64,000 nucleotides of DNA from Candidatus Altimarinota bacterium (GTDB lineage Bacteria; Patescibacteriota; Gracilibacteria; BD1-5; UBA6164): assembly GCA_037444775.1 (NCBI GenBank), contig JBBILU010000006.1, positions 8,899-72,898 on the forward strand. The letters are read 5' to 3'. The position numbers and the translations under genes are program-made. How positions within the stretch are numbered: position 1 is the stretch's first letter; each line of letters starts with the position of its first letter. The notes under the pieces were generated by a model. It searched no databases. It was not told the DNA's origin and worked only from the letters and a program-made list of their open reading frames with translations. This document shows positions 1 through 14,677 of the stretch, piece by piece.

Positions 1-1
1 A

Positions 2-466
2 GTTGTAAATTATGAAAATTTTTACTATATGGGAATTAAAAATTCTTGTTTTAAAAGTGAACTTTGAGAAAAAATGAAACAGGATTTTGGTAAACTCTGT
101 GAAGTTATGCTAGAAAACTCTGTACAATTTTTATGAGCACTTGATTTTTCCACATCAAAAACTTGTATAAATAAAGGTTTTTTTGAATATATTGCTTGTT
201 TAAAAATAAGCAAAGAAGACTCAGAAAAAGTAAAAAATATTCCAAATATTATTACTTGATTTGAAAAATGAGGAAAATATTTAAAAGTAACTCATTTAGG
301 TTCTTATGAATTTTTAGCTAATTCTTGGACTTTAGCAATGTGAGCTCCTAGGAGTCTGAAACTAAAAATAGATTCAAAAAGAAATCCTTTTGAAGAATAT
401 AAAAATGATCCTGTTAAAACTGAAACAAAAGATTTAATTACAGAAATTTATGTTCCAATAAAGTAA
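2..466 (+). CDS. GyrI-like (AraC effector-binding type) domain protein, 5' partial
   Basis: Frame open from the window edge to TAA 464-466 with TGA=Gly. Ends ...KVTHLGSYEFLANSWTLAMGAP...KDLITEIYVPIK, the usual GyrI-like domain C-terminus. Confidence 0.5.
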
Positions 467-640
467 ATATGCAAGAAAAAACTCTTTTAAAATATATTTT
501 ATTTAATGAAAAAAATAAGGTTCTTACTTTTCTCGTTTGCAAATCCTAAAAATTGTTTTCATAATTTATTCTAAATTTAAATTTCCGATTAAAAATCAAG
601 AAAAAATTCATTTAAGATTCAGGATTAAAATTTTATTTTA

Positions 641-675
641 AAAAATAGCTTTTCTATCTTAGAAAAGCTATTTTA
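641..675. terminator. Bidirectional hairpin terminator between convergent genes
   Basis: tagcttttcta / tagaaaagcta arms flanked by an A-run and a T-run. Confidence 0.6.
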
Positions 676-1503
676 TTCTCTCATAAATTTTTTATTTCTT
701 TCTTCTTCAAGAATCTTTTTTTGCTTCAAAACTCCAGAAATTGAGTTAATTATTCATAAAAAAATTCTTTTTTCATTTTCATTATAAATTTCTTTTTTTC
801 AAATAACTAAAAATCAAAGAGATTCTTCAGCTATAATTATTTCTTTTGACAAAATTCTAATATTTTTATCTAAATTAAACTCATCTAAAGAAAAATTTCA
901 ACTCTCAACTATTTTATCTTGCATTTTATTTGGAATTCTTGAATCATATTTTAGAGTTAAGAACTCTTTCATAACATAATTTTTTTCAAAGAATAATATA
1001 ATTTCAGAATCCATAATTATTTTAATTTTCTCAAACAAAAGAAAAATTTCTTTTAAAGTAATTTCTTTTAAATCTCTAATTGATTTATTTATTTCATAAA
1101 TAGATGTTATATATTTATTTGAAGCCAAAACTCTTTCATTTGTAATTGAAATTATATAAACTAAAATATCACGAGCTTGAGATGGAAACTTTTCAAGAAA
1201 TTTCATGAAATCTTTTTTAGCTTCTATATACAAAACTTTTGTTTCTTCTAAAGCTAATATTTTAACTTCTTTAGGTCAATATTTATTTAAAGCTCATTCT
1301 CAAACAAAATCTCATTCTCCTAAAATAGCAAGTTGTTTTGTAGAAACTTTTTCTTTTGTTGTATATTTTTCTATACTTAATTTTCAAAATTCTATTATAT
1401 AAAGATTTCCATCAATTTCTCATTCATCAAACAAAACATCTCAAGAATCAAGAATTCTTTCTAAAAAAAATCAAGAATTTTTTAAAAATTTTATATCAAA
1501 CAT
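673..1503 (-). CDS. Cyclic-nucleotide-binding domain protein
   Basis: ATG at 1503-1501 to TAA (tta 673-675), 276 aa. N-terminal ...LAILGEGDFVGEGALN... resembles the cNMP-binding fold. Track ORF 898..1233 is an internal fragment. Confidence 0.5.
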
Positions 1504-1526
1504 TTTTTTTGTAATAAGTATTAAAA

Positions 1527-1583
1527 GGGAGACTAGCCCAATGTGTTCATCCTCCTTTGATGTTAAAGGAGGATTATAGGTGG
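1527..1583. repeat. GC-rich palindromic element (family A-like), intergenic
   Basis: gggagactagc...tcatcctccttt-gatgtt-aaaggaggat. The gggagactagc part recurs at 21260-21273. Confidence 0.5.
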
Positions 1584-1594
1584 AATTAGAATTA

Positions 1595-2677
1595 CTATAT
1601 CAACATTTCAACAGCCTCTTTATCTCTAACAAAGCTGAAAAGTGTATCTTTGTCTATAATTCATTTTTTGTGAAGAGCTATCAAATATCTATCCATAAGA
1701 ATCATTCACTTTTGTTGTCATATTTCAAGAACTGAATAAAGTTGTGGAGTTTTTCAAGTAACAATTAAGTTTTTTACCGCATCATCAGAAATCAGAATTT
1801 CACGAGCTGCAATTCTTCATTCTTTGTCACTTCTAGGAATAAGTCTTTGAGAAATAATTCAAACAAGGCTCATAGCGAGTTGCATTCTAATTTGTTTTTG
1901 TTGAGAACTTGGAAAAATATCTACAATTCTATCAACAGTTTGAACAGAATCATTTGTATGCAAAGTTGACAAAACTAAATGTCAAGTTTCAGCTAAAGTA
2001 AGAGCTGCTTTTATTGTTTCTGGATCTCTCATTTCTCAAACCATAATTACATCAGGATCTTCTCTCAAACAAGCTCTAATTGCTTCATCAAATCATTTAG
2101 TATGATTTCAAACCTCTCTTTGATTTACCAAAGAATTTTTTGAAACAAATGAAAATTCTACTGGGTCTTCTATTGTGATAATATGTTTTTTATAATTTTC
2201 ATTTATATAATTTATCATTGCTGCCAAGTTTGTAGATTTTCAGCTTCAAGTTGGTCAAGTAACAAGAATTAATCATTTTGATTTATTACACATATTTTTT
2301 ACTTGTTCTCAAAGTCCCAAACTATCCAAAGTTGGAATATCTTTTGGAATAATTCTAAGAGCAATGGAATAACCTTTTGAGTCTATATAGCAATTTACTC
2401 TGTATCTTGTTCCGGATTCAAATTCATAAGAAGTATCCAATTCAAAATTTTTTTCAAATTTTTCTAAGGCAATTTCCGAAGAAATTTCCAAAATAATTTG
2501 GATAATATTTTCTTTTGTAAGTTTTTCTAATTTTTCTCAATTTATTTCAGTCAAGTATGAAATATCTCAAGAATTATTTCTATAAATAGGAAAATGTCCA
2601 GTATTCAAGTGAATATCTGGAAGTTTATTTTCATCAGAAAATTTTAGTATAGAATAAATTAGTTCTTTAGCATTCAT
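1595..2677 (-). CDS. pilT: Type IV pilus retraction ATPase PilT
   Basis: 360 aa once TGA=Gly. Has Walker [31 protein letters not shown] and LSTLHTN. Length is divisible by 3 and ends with TAG (cta 1595-1597). Confidence 0.9.
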
Positions 2678-2861
2678 CTTTGCTTGTTTAATTTATATAT
2701 TTAACTAATTCTAGCATTTAAATAAAAAAAAGCAAAAATTTAATTTTGCTTTTTTATAATCCACATAAACTTATGAGAAAATTTATTTATATAAAAATTG
2801 ATTTATTAAATCTTTTTTATATAATCCAAAAGTCCTATTTTAATATTTAATTTTTTAAGTA

Positions 2862-4820
<1,959 letters not shown>

Positions 4821-4913
4821 TTTTTACAGTCTACTGTAAGAATTACTAAAAATATTTGCAATATACTGTAAAAAGTATAAAATTATTGCAAATATTTTTT
4901 TAATTTCAAAATT

Positions 4914-6134
4914 ATGATAGAAAAACTGTTACAAAAATCCCAAATCTTAATTTCAAACACAAATATAGATTTTATAAGAGATTTTTATTACAAAATAGAT
5001 TGGCAAAATAAACTCATTTGAATTGTTTGACAAAGATGAATTTGAAAAACTACTATTCTGCTTCAATACCTAAAAAAAGAACAACTTTCAAAAGCTATTT
5101 ATTTTTCTGCTGATAATATAATTCTGTTTGAAACTGGATTATACAAATTAGTGGAAGACTTATATTTTAATCACTCTATAAGAAACTTTTTTATTGATGA
5201 AATTCATAAATATAAAAATTGGAATCAAGAATTAAAAAATTTATACGATGATTTTCCTTATATAAAAATAGTTTTTTCTTGAAGTTCAAGCCTTGATTTA
5301 ATAAAATGAAAATATGATTTATCAAGAAGAGTTTTACTGTATAAAATGAAATGATTTTCTTTTAGGGAATATGTAAATAAAACAAAATCTTTGAATTTAA
5401 AAAGTGTTTCTTTAGAAGAAATTTTACAAAATCCTTTAGAAAAAGTAAATGAAATTTATTCTACTGTTTGAGATGAAATTTTATCAATATTTAATGCTTA
5501 TTTAAAAATTTGATATTACCCATTTTCTTTTGAATCAGATAAAGAAGAAAGTTTTTTTTCAAAATTATTTGAAGCTTTAGATAAACTTGTTTACGAAGAT
5601 ATTTCAAATTTTTATAAATTAGATACTTCAAAACTAGAAAATATAAAAAAAATTATCATATTTTTTTCTTTAGCAAAACCTTGAAAACTAAGTATAAATT
5701 CATTAAAAGATAAGCTTTGAGTTTCTTTTGATACAGTTGCGAATTATTTACAAATTTTAAATGATTCTTGAATTATAAAATCAATTTATGTAGATTGAAA
5801 TATTAGTAAAAGCATAAGAAAAGCAAAAAAAATATACATAGATAATTCAAATTTAGTTTATACTATTTCAAAAGAATTTTGATTTAACCCAGAGATAGGA
5901 ACTATACGAGAAATTTTCTTTGTTTCTAATTTTTCAAAAAATTTATTTTATTCAGAAATCTGAGATTTTTCATATAAATTGTGAGAAAAAAATTATTTTT
6001 TTGAGATTTGATGAAAAAATAAAACAAAAAAACAGTTAAAAAATGAAGAGAATTCTTTTATTGTTGCTGATTCTATTATTTTCCCAGAAGATAAGAAAAT
6101 TCCAATTTGGTTATTTGGATTTTTAGAAAATTAA
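4914..6134 (+). CDS. AAA+ ATPase of the COG1373 / DUF4143 type
   Basis: GQRGIGKTT Walker A (Gly as TGA), FIDEIHKY Walker B, C-terminal ...KIPIWLFGFLEN. Translated codon by codon with no TAA/TAG. Confidence 0.75.
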
Positions 6135-6352
6135 GCTTCATAATCAATCATTCTAATATAATCTTCTAAATTTTGATTTATAATATCATTAAGTTCTCTA
6201 ATAGTTTTTCATCAAACTGTAATTCAATCTTCAAGTAATAATTTTGTTTCTAAAAGAGAAATACTATTTCATTCTATTGCATTTGAATTGTAAGTATACA
6301 CTCAAAGTGATTTTCTCAATTCTAATTTTAAAATGCTTCCAGACTCAAACAA
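6131..6352 (-). pseudogene. Fic-family N-terminal fragment, no Fic core motif
   Basis: Reads ...LRKSLGVYTYNSNAIEGNSISLLETKLLLEDGITVGGKTIRELNDIIN..., typical of the region upstream of the HPFxxGNGR core. It stops at TAA before any core motif. No ATG; only TTG candidates at 6352 and 6319. Confidence 0.4.
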
Positions 6353-6830
6353 AGCAATGCTTTATTTGATGTGGATTTATGCAACTGGCTCAATGATAAG
6401 TTCAACATTTGTAAGTATTTATATTTTAAAAATTAATGATTCTTTTAATGATGTAATTTTTTTCAATATTATTTTTTTACTTTTACTTTTATTGGGTTTT
6501 CTATTGTATGATATTTGTTTTCACTTTTTCAAAAAAATATTAAAAGTTTGTACTATTTTGCTTATATATTTTTTATTGTATCATTTTTAGAACTTTTAAT
6601 ATTTGAAAATAATTCAATTTCTGCATATGTATATTGAGCTTTATATTGAGTTTGAAATGGATTGTTTTGGAATGCAGTTCATACTCAAGAATTAAATGGA
6701 TTTTAATAAACCCTATTTATAGAGTTTCAGAACATGTTTATGATTTATCTTTTTATTATTTTTGAGATATTCATCTTTTGATGATAAATCTTTGCTTAGT
6801 TTCTGACTTATTTTCACTTGATTAAGTTTT
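6333..6830 (+). pseudogene. Possible decayed membrane-transporter gene
   Basis: Hydrophobic ORF 6333-6590, then further hydrophobic stretches in two other frames (e.g. ...AYVYGALYGVGNGLFWNAV...). None forms a complete gene. Confidence 0.25.
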
Positions 6831-7038
6831 ATTTTTCTTATATGAAGTGTTTATTTATGGGAGAAATATGAAAAAATAGAAAAATAAGTTTTTTACAAAT
6901 AAAATTTTGAATTTTGATTTTAACAATTATGATGATTATGTCTTTTATAATTTGAATAAAGTATTTAGACAATGAAAGTATAAAATAATATAACTTATAA
7001 TGTCCATTATTTATGTTTATAATATTAACCAATAAATT

Positions 7039-8004
7039 ATGAAAAAAATCCCTCTTACTATTATAACTTGATTTTTGGGTTCAGGAAAAACTACTTTAAT
7101 AAATAGAATTTTAAAGGAAAACAAGGATTTAAAAATTGCTTTAATTGTAAATGAATTTTGAGATGTTTCTCTTGAAAGTCAATTTATTCAAAGTACAAAT
7201 GAAGAAATTGTTGAAATGTCTAATTGATGTATGTGTTGTGTTGTTAGAAAAGATATTATTGAAACTGTTGAAAATTTATTAGAAAAAAGACCAGATACAG
7301 ATTATATAATTGTTGAAGCAAGTTGACTTTCTGATCCTACTCCAATTGCTGAAACTTTTGCAATGAATTTGACAGATAAAATTAGACTTGATGCAGTTTT
7401 GTGTGTTGTTGATTCTCTTAACATTGAAAAAAACTTCCAAAATTACGAAATAGCAAGTAAACAAATTCTTTATAGTGATATGGTTTTAGTCTCAAAAACT
7501 AATTTTATTTCATCTGAAAAATATCAAGAAATTAAATTTTTTATTAAAAAATTTAATCCATTTATGAGAATTCTTCCTATAAATGAAAGTTTGGATTTGA
7601 AAATGATTCTTGATACAAATAAATTTGATTATTCTAAAGTTGAAGAATTAGAAAAAAAAGAAAAACATCATTGTCATGATGAACATTGTGATCACGAACA
7701 TCATCACCATCACGAAGAAATTGATGAAGTTTTTGTGAAAACTACAAAACCTTTGAATATGGAAAAATTCGCACTTTTTATAAAAAATTTGCCAGAAAAT
7801 ATTATAAGATGAAAAGGATTTATTTATCCAAATTGAGAAGATTATAAATGAAAAAAAATGCTTTTTCAATATGTTTGAGTTAGAATAGATACGGAATTTT
7901 CTGATTGGGATTCTAGTGAAACAAAACAAACTGCAATTGTTTTTATTTGAAAATGATTTGATAAAAAAGATATAGAAAAGAAAATTTTAGATTGTGAAAG
8001 TTAA
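7039..8004 (+). CDS. COG0523-family GTPase metallochaperone (CobW/YjiA/ZigA-like)
   Basis: GFLGSGKTTL P-loop, GCMCC metal motif, EASGLSDP, His-rich HHCHDEHCDHEHHHHH linker, CobW C-terminal domain. 321 aa. Confidence 0.85.
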
Positions 8005-8005
8005 A

Positions 8006-8043
8006 CCTCACCCCCTAGCCCCCTCTCCTTTAGGGGAGGGGGG
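8006..8043. repeat. Family A palindromic element, intergenic
   Basis: cctcaccccctagccccctctcctttaggggagggggg, two nt after the stop of the COG0523 gene. Confidence 0.8.
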
Positions 8044-8071
8044 AAATATATAAATTAAAATTTATTATTTT

Positions 8072-8896
8072 ATGAAAAAAACTTATTCTTTGGCTCTATG
8101 ATGATGAGCAGCTAGATGACTTTGTCATATTTGAGTTTTGAAATATATTGAAGAAAATAAAATAGAAATTAATGAAATTTCTTGAACAAGTATGTGAGCA
8201 ATAATTTGAGCTTGTTTTGCTATTTGAATGAAATCTGAAGAAATAGCTATTTTTGCAAAAAGTTTAAATTTTTTGAAATTAATAGATTTTAATTTGAAAC
8301 AATGAATTGTTGCTGGGAAAAAAGTCACTAAGAAACTAGAAGAATTATTTCGAGAAATAAAAATAGAAGATACAAAAATTCCGTTAAAAATTTTAGCAAC
8401 AAATTTGGAAACTGGTAAAAAAGAAGTTTTTACAAAATGAAAAATATCTGATGCTGTGAGAGCTAGTATAAGCTTACCAAGTATTTTTACACCTCATAAA
8501 ATTTGAGAAAATAGCTATTTGGATTGATGATTAACAGAAAATTTGCCAGTATTATCTTTGGATTGACAAAATATTATAGCAGTTTCAGCTGTTATGTGAA
8601 AAACCACAAAAATAGAAACTACAAAAAAAATTGGAGTTTTTGAATTCAAAAGATGATTTTGGAATTTGAATTATCAAATTTTGAAAAAAACTATTCTTAC
8701 AATGATGTCAACAAATGAAGAATTGTCTGTTAGATTAGCTATTTTAAATGAAAAAAGTATGAATAAAATTGCTAATTCTGAGTGAAAAAATATAATTCTT
8801 CTAGCTCCAGAAGTTTGAAATTATGAAGTTTATGACTTCAATAAAGTTGATGAATTGGTTGAATTATGATATAAAGAAGCTAGTTTGAAATTGTAA
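8072..8896 (+). CDS. Patatin-like phospholipase
   Basis: LGGGAARG oxyanion motif (all Gly as TGA), GTSMGA nucleophile elbow, DGG catalytic Asp. 274 aa. Confidence 0.85.
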
Positions 8897-8913
8897 ATTT
8901 TAACTAAACAAAA

Positions 8914-10194
8914 ATGTTTGCATTCCAATTATGAAGAGAATTTAAGCTGTCAATTGCTGAAATATTAGCAGTTTTTCCAGATATAAAAATAATAAATTTC
9001 TCAAAAGAAATTTTAATAGCTGATAATATTTTAAAAAAAGAAATTCTAGAAAAAATTAATTTTTTAGGTTGAACACAAAAAGTTATTGAGATACCCTACT
9101 CTACCATCTCCTTTGGAGTAGATAGTGTAGATAAGAATTTTGAAGAAATTATTTTAGAAAAAGCTAAAGAAAAAGAAGGAAAGTTTAATTACTGACTAAA
9201 TATTTTTTCAGACAAAAAAAATGTAGATTTGAAAAAAAATCTCTCAAAAATAAAAAAATTTCTTAGAGAAAATGATATAAATTCAAGATTTATAAATAAT
9301 GATTTCAAAAATCTTAATTCTGCTCAAATAATTTGAGAAAAGTTAGTAAAAAAAGAAACAGATTTTAATATTATAGAATTAGAAAATAATAATTATTTTT
9401 GAAAAACTATTTGGATTCAAGATATTAATTCTTATTCCAAAAGAGATTATGATAAAGAAAGAGATATGCAAATTTGAATGCTTCCTCCAAAACTAGCTCA
9501 AATTATGATAAATTTAGCATCTAATTTCCCCATACCCCCTAAAATAGGGGGAAAACAAAATTTTTATCCATCCCCTATTTTAGGGGTTTATAGGGGTAAT
9601 ATTATTTATGATCCTTTTGTTTGACTTGGAACGGTTTTACTTGAAGCAAAACTTATGTGATTTAAAAAACTTTTTTGAAGTGATTTGAATGAAAAAATGG
9701 TAGAAACTGCAAGTAAAAATTTGAATCCCCCTGCTTTCAAGATCCCCCTTATTAAGGAGAACAAGAATTATATTGTAAAAATTGAAAAACTTAATGCAAA
9801 ATTTATAAATGAAGCTAATTTTTGGAATGAAGTAAAAGATTGAACTATAGTTACAGAATGATATTTATGAGAAGTTATGACTCAAAGTAATATTAATTTA
9901 GATAGAATACAAAAGCAAAAAGAAGCTTTATTAAAAATTTATAAACCTTTTTTTGAAAATTTAAAAAAATGAAAGTTTTCTTGAATTATTGTAATTTCTT
10001 TTCCATTTTGGGAAATAAAATGAAAATTTGTTTATTTTGAAGAAATTTATGAGGTTTTAAAAGAATATTCTGAAATAATTAATTTTTTTCCAGAAAGTCT
10101 TGATTTGAAAACAAGTAAGTCTTGAAGTTTGTTTTATAAAAGGGATAAACAACTTGTATGAAGAGAGATTTTTAAGCTTAAAATAAAAAAATAA
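8914..10194 (+). CDS. SAM-dependent RNA methyltransferase (UPF0020 / Trm11-like)
   Basis: MLPPKLAQIMINLA ... IIYDPFVGLGTVLLEA ... FGSDL motifs. Frame verified at 9478, 9601 and 9721. Carries three or four in-frame repeat insertions. Confidence 0.6.
9094..9130. repeat. Family A-like palindromic element inside CDS
   Basis: ccctactctaccatctcctttggagtagatagtgtag, translated as IPYSTISFGVDSVD. Confidence 0.6.
9527..9599. mobile_element. Family B MITE-like element inserted in frame in the methyltransferase gene
   Basis: tccccataccccctaaaataggggg-N20-cccctattttaggggtttataggggtaa. Terminal inverted repeats are homologous to the element at 46489-46571. Translated SNFPIPPKIGGKQNFYPSPILGVYRGN, directly before the SAM motif. 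Confidence 0.75.
9727..9760. repeat. Degenerate GC-rich palindromic insertion inside CDS
   Basis: tccccctgctttcaagatcccccttattaaggaga, translated NPPAFKIPLIKE. Confidence 0.4.
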
Positions 10195-10279
10195 TCAAGA
10201 AATTTTTTGGATTATTTTTTTCTTGAGATTTTTAACTTTTTTAATAATATACAAGCAAATTAATTCATAAAAATAAACT

Positions 10280-11530
10280 TTGAAAAATAACTTTGATATT
10301 GTGATAATTTGAGCTGGAGCAGCTGGGCTTTTTGGAGCAATAAATATTTCAAAAGATTTTTCTAAATTAATTCTTGAAAAAAATCCAAAACCTTGAGTAA
10401 AAGTCTTACTTTCAGGTTGAGAAAGAGCAAATGTTAGTAATATAGATATAGAACCTGAAAGAGATTATTTTGGACAAAATAAAAAAGCTTTGAAAAGTAT
10501 TTTTGCAAGATGCAATCAATGGGATATTATGGCTTGGTTTTCAGAAAATAGAATAAATATAGTTGAAGAAGATAGATGAAGATTAATTCTTGAAAGTTGA
10601 AACTCTAAAGAATTGCTAAATATTTTAGTAAAAAAGGCAAAAGAAAATAATTCTGAAATTATTTGTAATAGTGAAGTTGTGAAAATAAAACACTCTCTAA
10701 TTCCCTCCTCTTTCCTAAGGATGGAAGAAAATAAGGAAAAAATATTTAGAATTGAAACAAAAACTTGAGAAGAATATTTTGCTAAATATGTTATTGTTTC
10801 TACTTGATGAAAAAGTTTTTTTCAGGTTTGAACAACTGGAGATTGATATAATTTTGCAAGAAATTTTTGAATAAATATTATTCCTCCAACAAGAGCTTTG
10901 TGATGACTTTCTACCAAAAAAGATTTATCAAGTATTAGCTGAATTTCTTGTAATGTTAATTTAGAAGTTTTTGATAAAAAAAAATCCCCTCTCCTTGAAA
11001 AGGAGGGAGCTAGAGGGTGATTTTATCAAGAAACTTGACCAATTTTATTTACTCATTTCTGAATAAGCTGACCAATCATTTTTAATGCTTGAAATGCTAT
11101 TTGAGAATATCTGAATAAATCCCCCCTCCTTGGAAAGGAGAGAGCTGGAGAGTGGTCTGAAATAGAAGTTATTTATGAAAAATATTTAACCCAAAATATT
11201 TATATAAAATTAAACTTTGATTTAGAAAAAACTCCAAAAAACATAATAAAATTCTTTGAATTAGACAAAAAAATAAATATAAATTGAACTCAAATTTATA
11301 ATACAGAAATAATTTTGGATTTACAAAATTTTAGAAGTTGGAAAGAAGCAAAGGCAACTGGTTGATGAATAGATTTGAATGAATTAGATAAATTTTTGCA
11401 GTCAAAGAAAGTTCCAAATTTATTTTTTATTTGAGAGATATGTGATATTACTGGGAAAACTGGAGGATTTAATTTGCAATGGGCCTGGAGTAGTGCATTT
11501 TGTGCAAGTGAATTTTTTAGTAGAAATTAA
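10280..11530 (+). CDS. HI0933-family (BaiN/YhiN-like) NAD(P)/FAD-dependent flavoprotein
   Basis: TTG start, then NNFDIVIIGAGAAGL dinucleotide fold, LSGGERANVSN, STGGKSF..GTTGDGY, C-terminal GEICDITGKTGGFNLQWAWSS. 416 aa. Three in-frame repeat insertions. Confidence 0.85.
10683..10728. repeat. Degenerate family A-like insertion inside CDS
   Basis: ctctctaattccctcctctttcctaaggatggaagaaaataaggaa, translated HSLIPSSFLRMEENKE. Confidence 0.4.
10985..11020. repeat. Family A palindromic element inside CDS
   Basis: tcccctctccttgaaaaggagggagctagagggtga, translated KSPLLEKEGARGG. Confidence 0.8.
11120..11155. repeat. Family A palindromic element inside CDS
   Basis: tcccccctccttggaaaggagagagctggagagtgg, translated KSPLLGKERAGEW. 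Confidence 0.8.
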
Positions 11531-11532
11531 AT

Positions 11533-12621
11533 CTAATTATTCAAACCTTCTTTTACAAATTTCGGATTATTAGCATATTTTAATCATTCTTCTTCAGAAA
11601 TTTTTCAAGAAGTAATAAATTCAATAATATCATTTTCTAGTAATTGCATTCATTCTCTAGATCACATTTGCATTACAGAAGGAATTTGATGCAAATCATT
11701 TTCTCTTATTAAATTTGCAATTGCAGAATTTTTAAAAAGAATCTCTTTTGCCATTTTTACTCAAGTTCAATCTTGAGTTTTTAACAATCTTTGAGAAAAA
11801 ACGGCAACTAGAGCATCTGCTAATTGTAATCTAACTTGATTTTGTTGAACAGCTTCAAAAGAATCTATTATACGAGAAATTGTTTGATAAGCAGATCTAG
11901 TATGAAGAGTTGAAAAAACTAAATGTCAAGTTTCTGCCAAGGTTAAAGCCATTTCTATTTCTTCTCTATCTCTCATCTCTCAAAAAAGCAAAACTTGAGG
12001 GTTCTGTCTCATTGCTCATTTCAAAGCAGTTCTATAATCAGGGACATCTCTTCAAATTTCTTTGTGTTCAACAATAGCTTTCTTGTGAAGATGAACATAT
12101 TCTATAGGATCTTCAATAGTAATAATATGTTTACTATAATTTGCATTTATATAATCAATCATTGATGCAAGAGTTGTGGATTTCCCTGAACCTGTTGGTC
12201 AAGTTACAAGAATTAATCATTGTCAAATTTTACAAACTTCTTTAAAAATTGGAGGTAAATGCATATCATCAATATTTGGAACTTTTGCTGTTAATAGTCT
12301 TAAAACTATCATATAATTTCACATTTGAAAAGAAACATTTCATCTAAATCTTCTATTGCTAAAAGAGAAAGAAAAATCTAGATTTTTTTCTTTTACAAGT
12401 CTATCGTGTTGATCTTCAGTCAAAAGAGACTGAGTAAATTCCATTGTATCTTTCCAAGTGAATTCATCAATTCCTTCATCAATTCTAAGAATCTCTCACC
12501 CTATTTTTATTCAAGGAAAAGTTCAAACAGTCACATACATATCAGATCATTCGTTATCAATCATAACTTGTAAAAGCTGGTCTTTTATTTTGTGTTCGGG
12601 TTTAATTACTTGTAAGGCCAT
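11533..12621 (-). CDS. PilT/PilU-family type IV pilus ATPase (second paralog)
   Basis: [39 protein letters not shown]. 362 aa, ends with TAG (cta 11533-11535). Confidence 0.9.
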
Positions 12622-12958
12622 AAAAAAATGTTTAATTAATATTTAATTAATTTTAAACAGAGGACTTTCCCCCTTTGTTTTATTGATAGTATAAACTTCT
12701 ATAATATTAAAACATACTTTTCTAATTTTTACAAATTTTTTATGAAGATTTTTAAATTATCAAATAAAGTGACTTTAATTCTCAAAATATCTCAAAATAG
12801 AAAAAATCTCAATAATAATTTACAAAAAACAAAAATATAAGAACAATTTTTAAGATTTGTAAACAAGAAAAATAAAAATTTTTTTTTAATTTTTTGTAAA
12901 AATTTGAATAAATAAACTTTCTTAATAAAATCATAAAAATTATTATAAAAAAATATTT

Positions 12959-14677
12959 ATGAAACACTTAAAAGTAAAAATTGATAAACTTGAATTTAAT
13001 GGAGAAATTGTTCTAAAAGACATTGATTTCACAATAAATAAATCAGATAGAATAAGCATAGTTTGAAGTAATTGAAGCTGAAAAACAACTTTGTTAAAAA
13101 CAATAATTTGAGAAATCTCAAATTTTGATTGAAATATAGAAAATATTTGAAATCTGACTTTAGGATATTTACATCAAATTTATTCAGATAATGAAGAAAA
13201 ATCTGTTTATGAAGAACTAAAAGATTGATTTAAACAAATAAAAAATCTAGAAAAAGAGTTAGCAAATCTTGAACGAGAAATGGCTACAAATTGCGATGAA
13301 AAAATTATAGAGAAATTTAGTGAAACTCTGGAGCTTTTTAATAATATTGGTTGATATGAATATTCAAATAAAATTCATCAAGTTGCAAATTGAATGTGAA
13401 TTTTTCATTTATTAACAAGAAAGTTAGTTGAAGTAAGTTGATGAGAAAGAACAAAAATTGCTTTAGCAAAAATTCTTTTGGAAAGCCCAGATATTTTATT
13501 TTTGGATGAACCAACAAATTTCATAGATATGAATTCTGTTGAATGGTTAGAATCTTATTTAAAAAATAAATGGTCTGGTTGATTTGTTATTATTTCTCAT
13601 GATAGAGAGTTCCTTGACAAAACTTGTAACAAAACTTTTGAAGTACAATATGGAAGATGAATAACTTTTTATCATACAAATTATTCTAAATATGTAATTG
13701 AAAGAGAAAAAATAGAAAAAATTAAAATGGATGATTTTATAAGACAAGATGAATATATCAAAAAACAAGAAACTTTGATAGATAGATTTAGAGCTTGATC
13801 TAGAGCTTGATGGGCAAAATCAAGAGAAAAAATGATAGACAAAATGGAAAAATTAGAAAAACCATTTATCCCTCGTAAACCAAAGTTTTTATTTAATTAT
13901 TCAAAAGAAAGTCCAGAAAAATTAATTTCTTTCAAAGAAGCTTTTATTTGAAGAAAAGAACCTTTGTTTTTTATTTCTGAAGCTATTTTACATAAATGAC
14001 AAAGAATTTGAATAGTTTGAGAAAATTGAGTTTGAAAATCAACAATGTTAAAAACTATAATTTGAAAGGTTGATTTACTTGATTGATATATGAGCAAATG
14101 AAAATGAACTGATTTTTTGTATTATAGTCAAATGCACGAAGAATTAGATAAAAAGTTAACTGTTAGAGATAATTTTAAGCTTCATGGAATTGATTATCCA
14201 GATGAACATTTAATTTGAATAATGAGGCATTATTTATTTGAAAGAGAAGATTTAGATAAAAAAGTTTGAGAACTTTCTTGATGACAAACTTCTAAGCTAC
14301 TTTTTGCTATAATAGGGCAAAAAGAATGTAATTTATTAATTCTTGATGAACCAACAAATCATCTTGATTATGATACAAGAGAAAGTTTGGAAGAATCTTT
14401 GAAAAATTTCGGTTGAACAATTTTATTTATTTCTCATGATAGATATTTTGTAAACAAATTAGCAAGTAATATTTGGTTTATAGATAAAGGAGAACTTAGT
14501 ATTTCTTATGGGAATTATGCTGATTATAAATACAAGTTAGAAAATTGAATTTGAATGGATATTTGTGTTTTTGATGAAGAAGCTCAATTAAATTTAGTCC
14601 TTGAAGAAAAATTAGGAGAAGCTGGGGCTAGGAAAATTAAAAATAAATTTAAAGATGGGAAAAAGAGGAAAAACTAA
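12959..14677 (+). CDS. ABC-F family ATPase (two NBDs, no TMD)
   Basis: GSNGSGKTT and GENGVGKST Walker A, LSGGERTK and LSGGQTSK signatures, LDEPTN x2, basic C-terminal tail. 572 aa. Confidence 0.9.
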
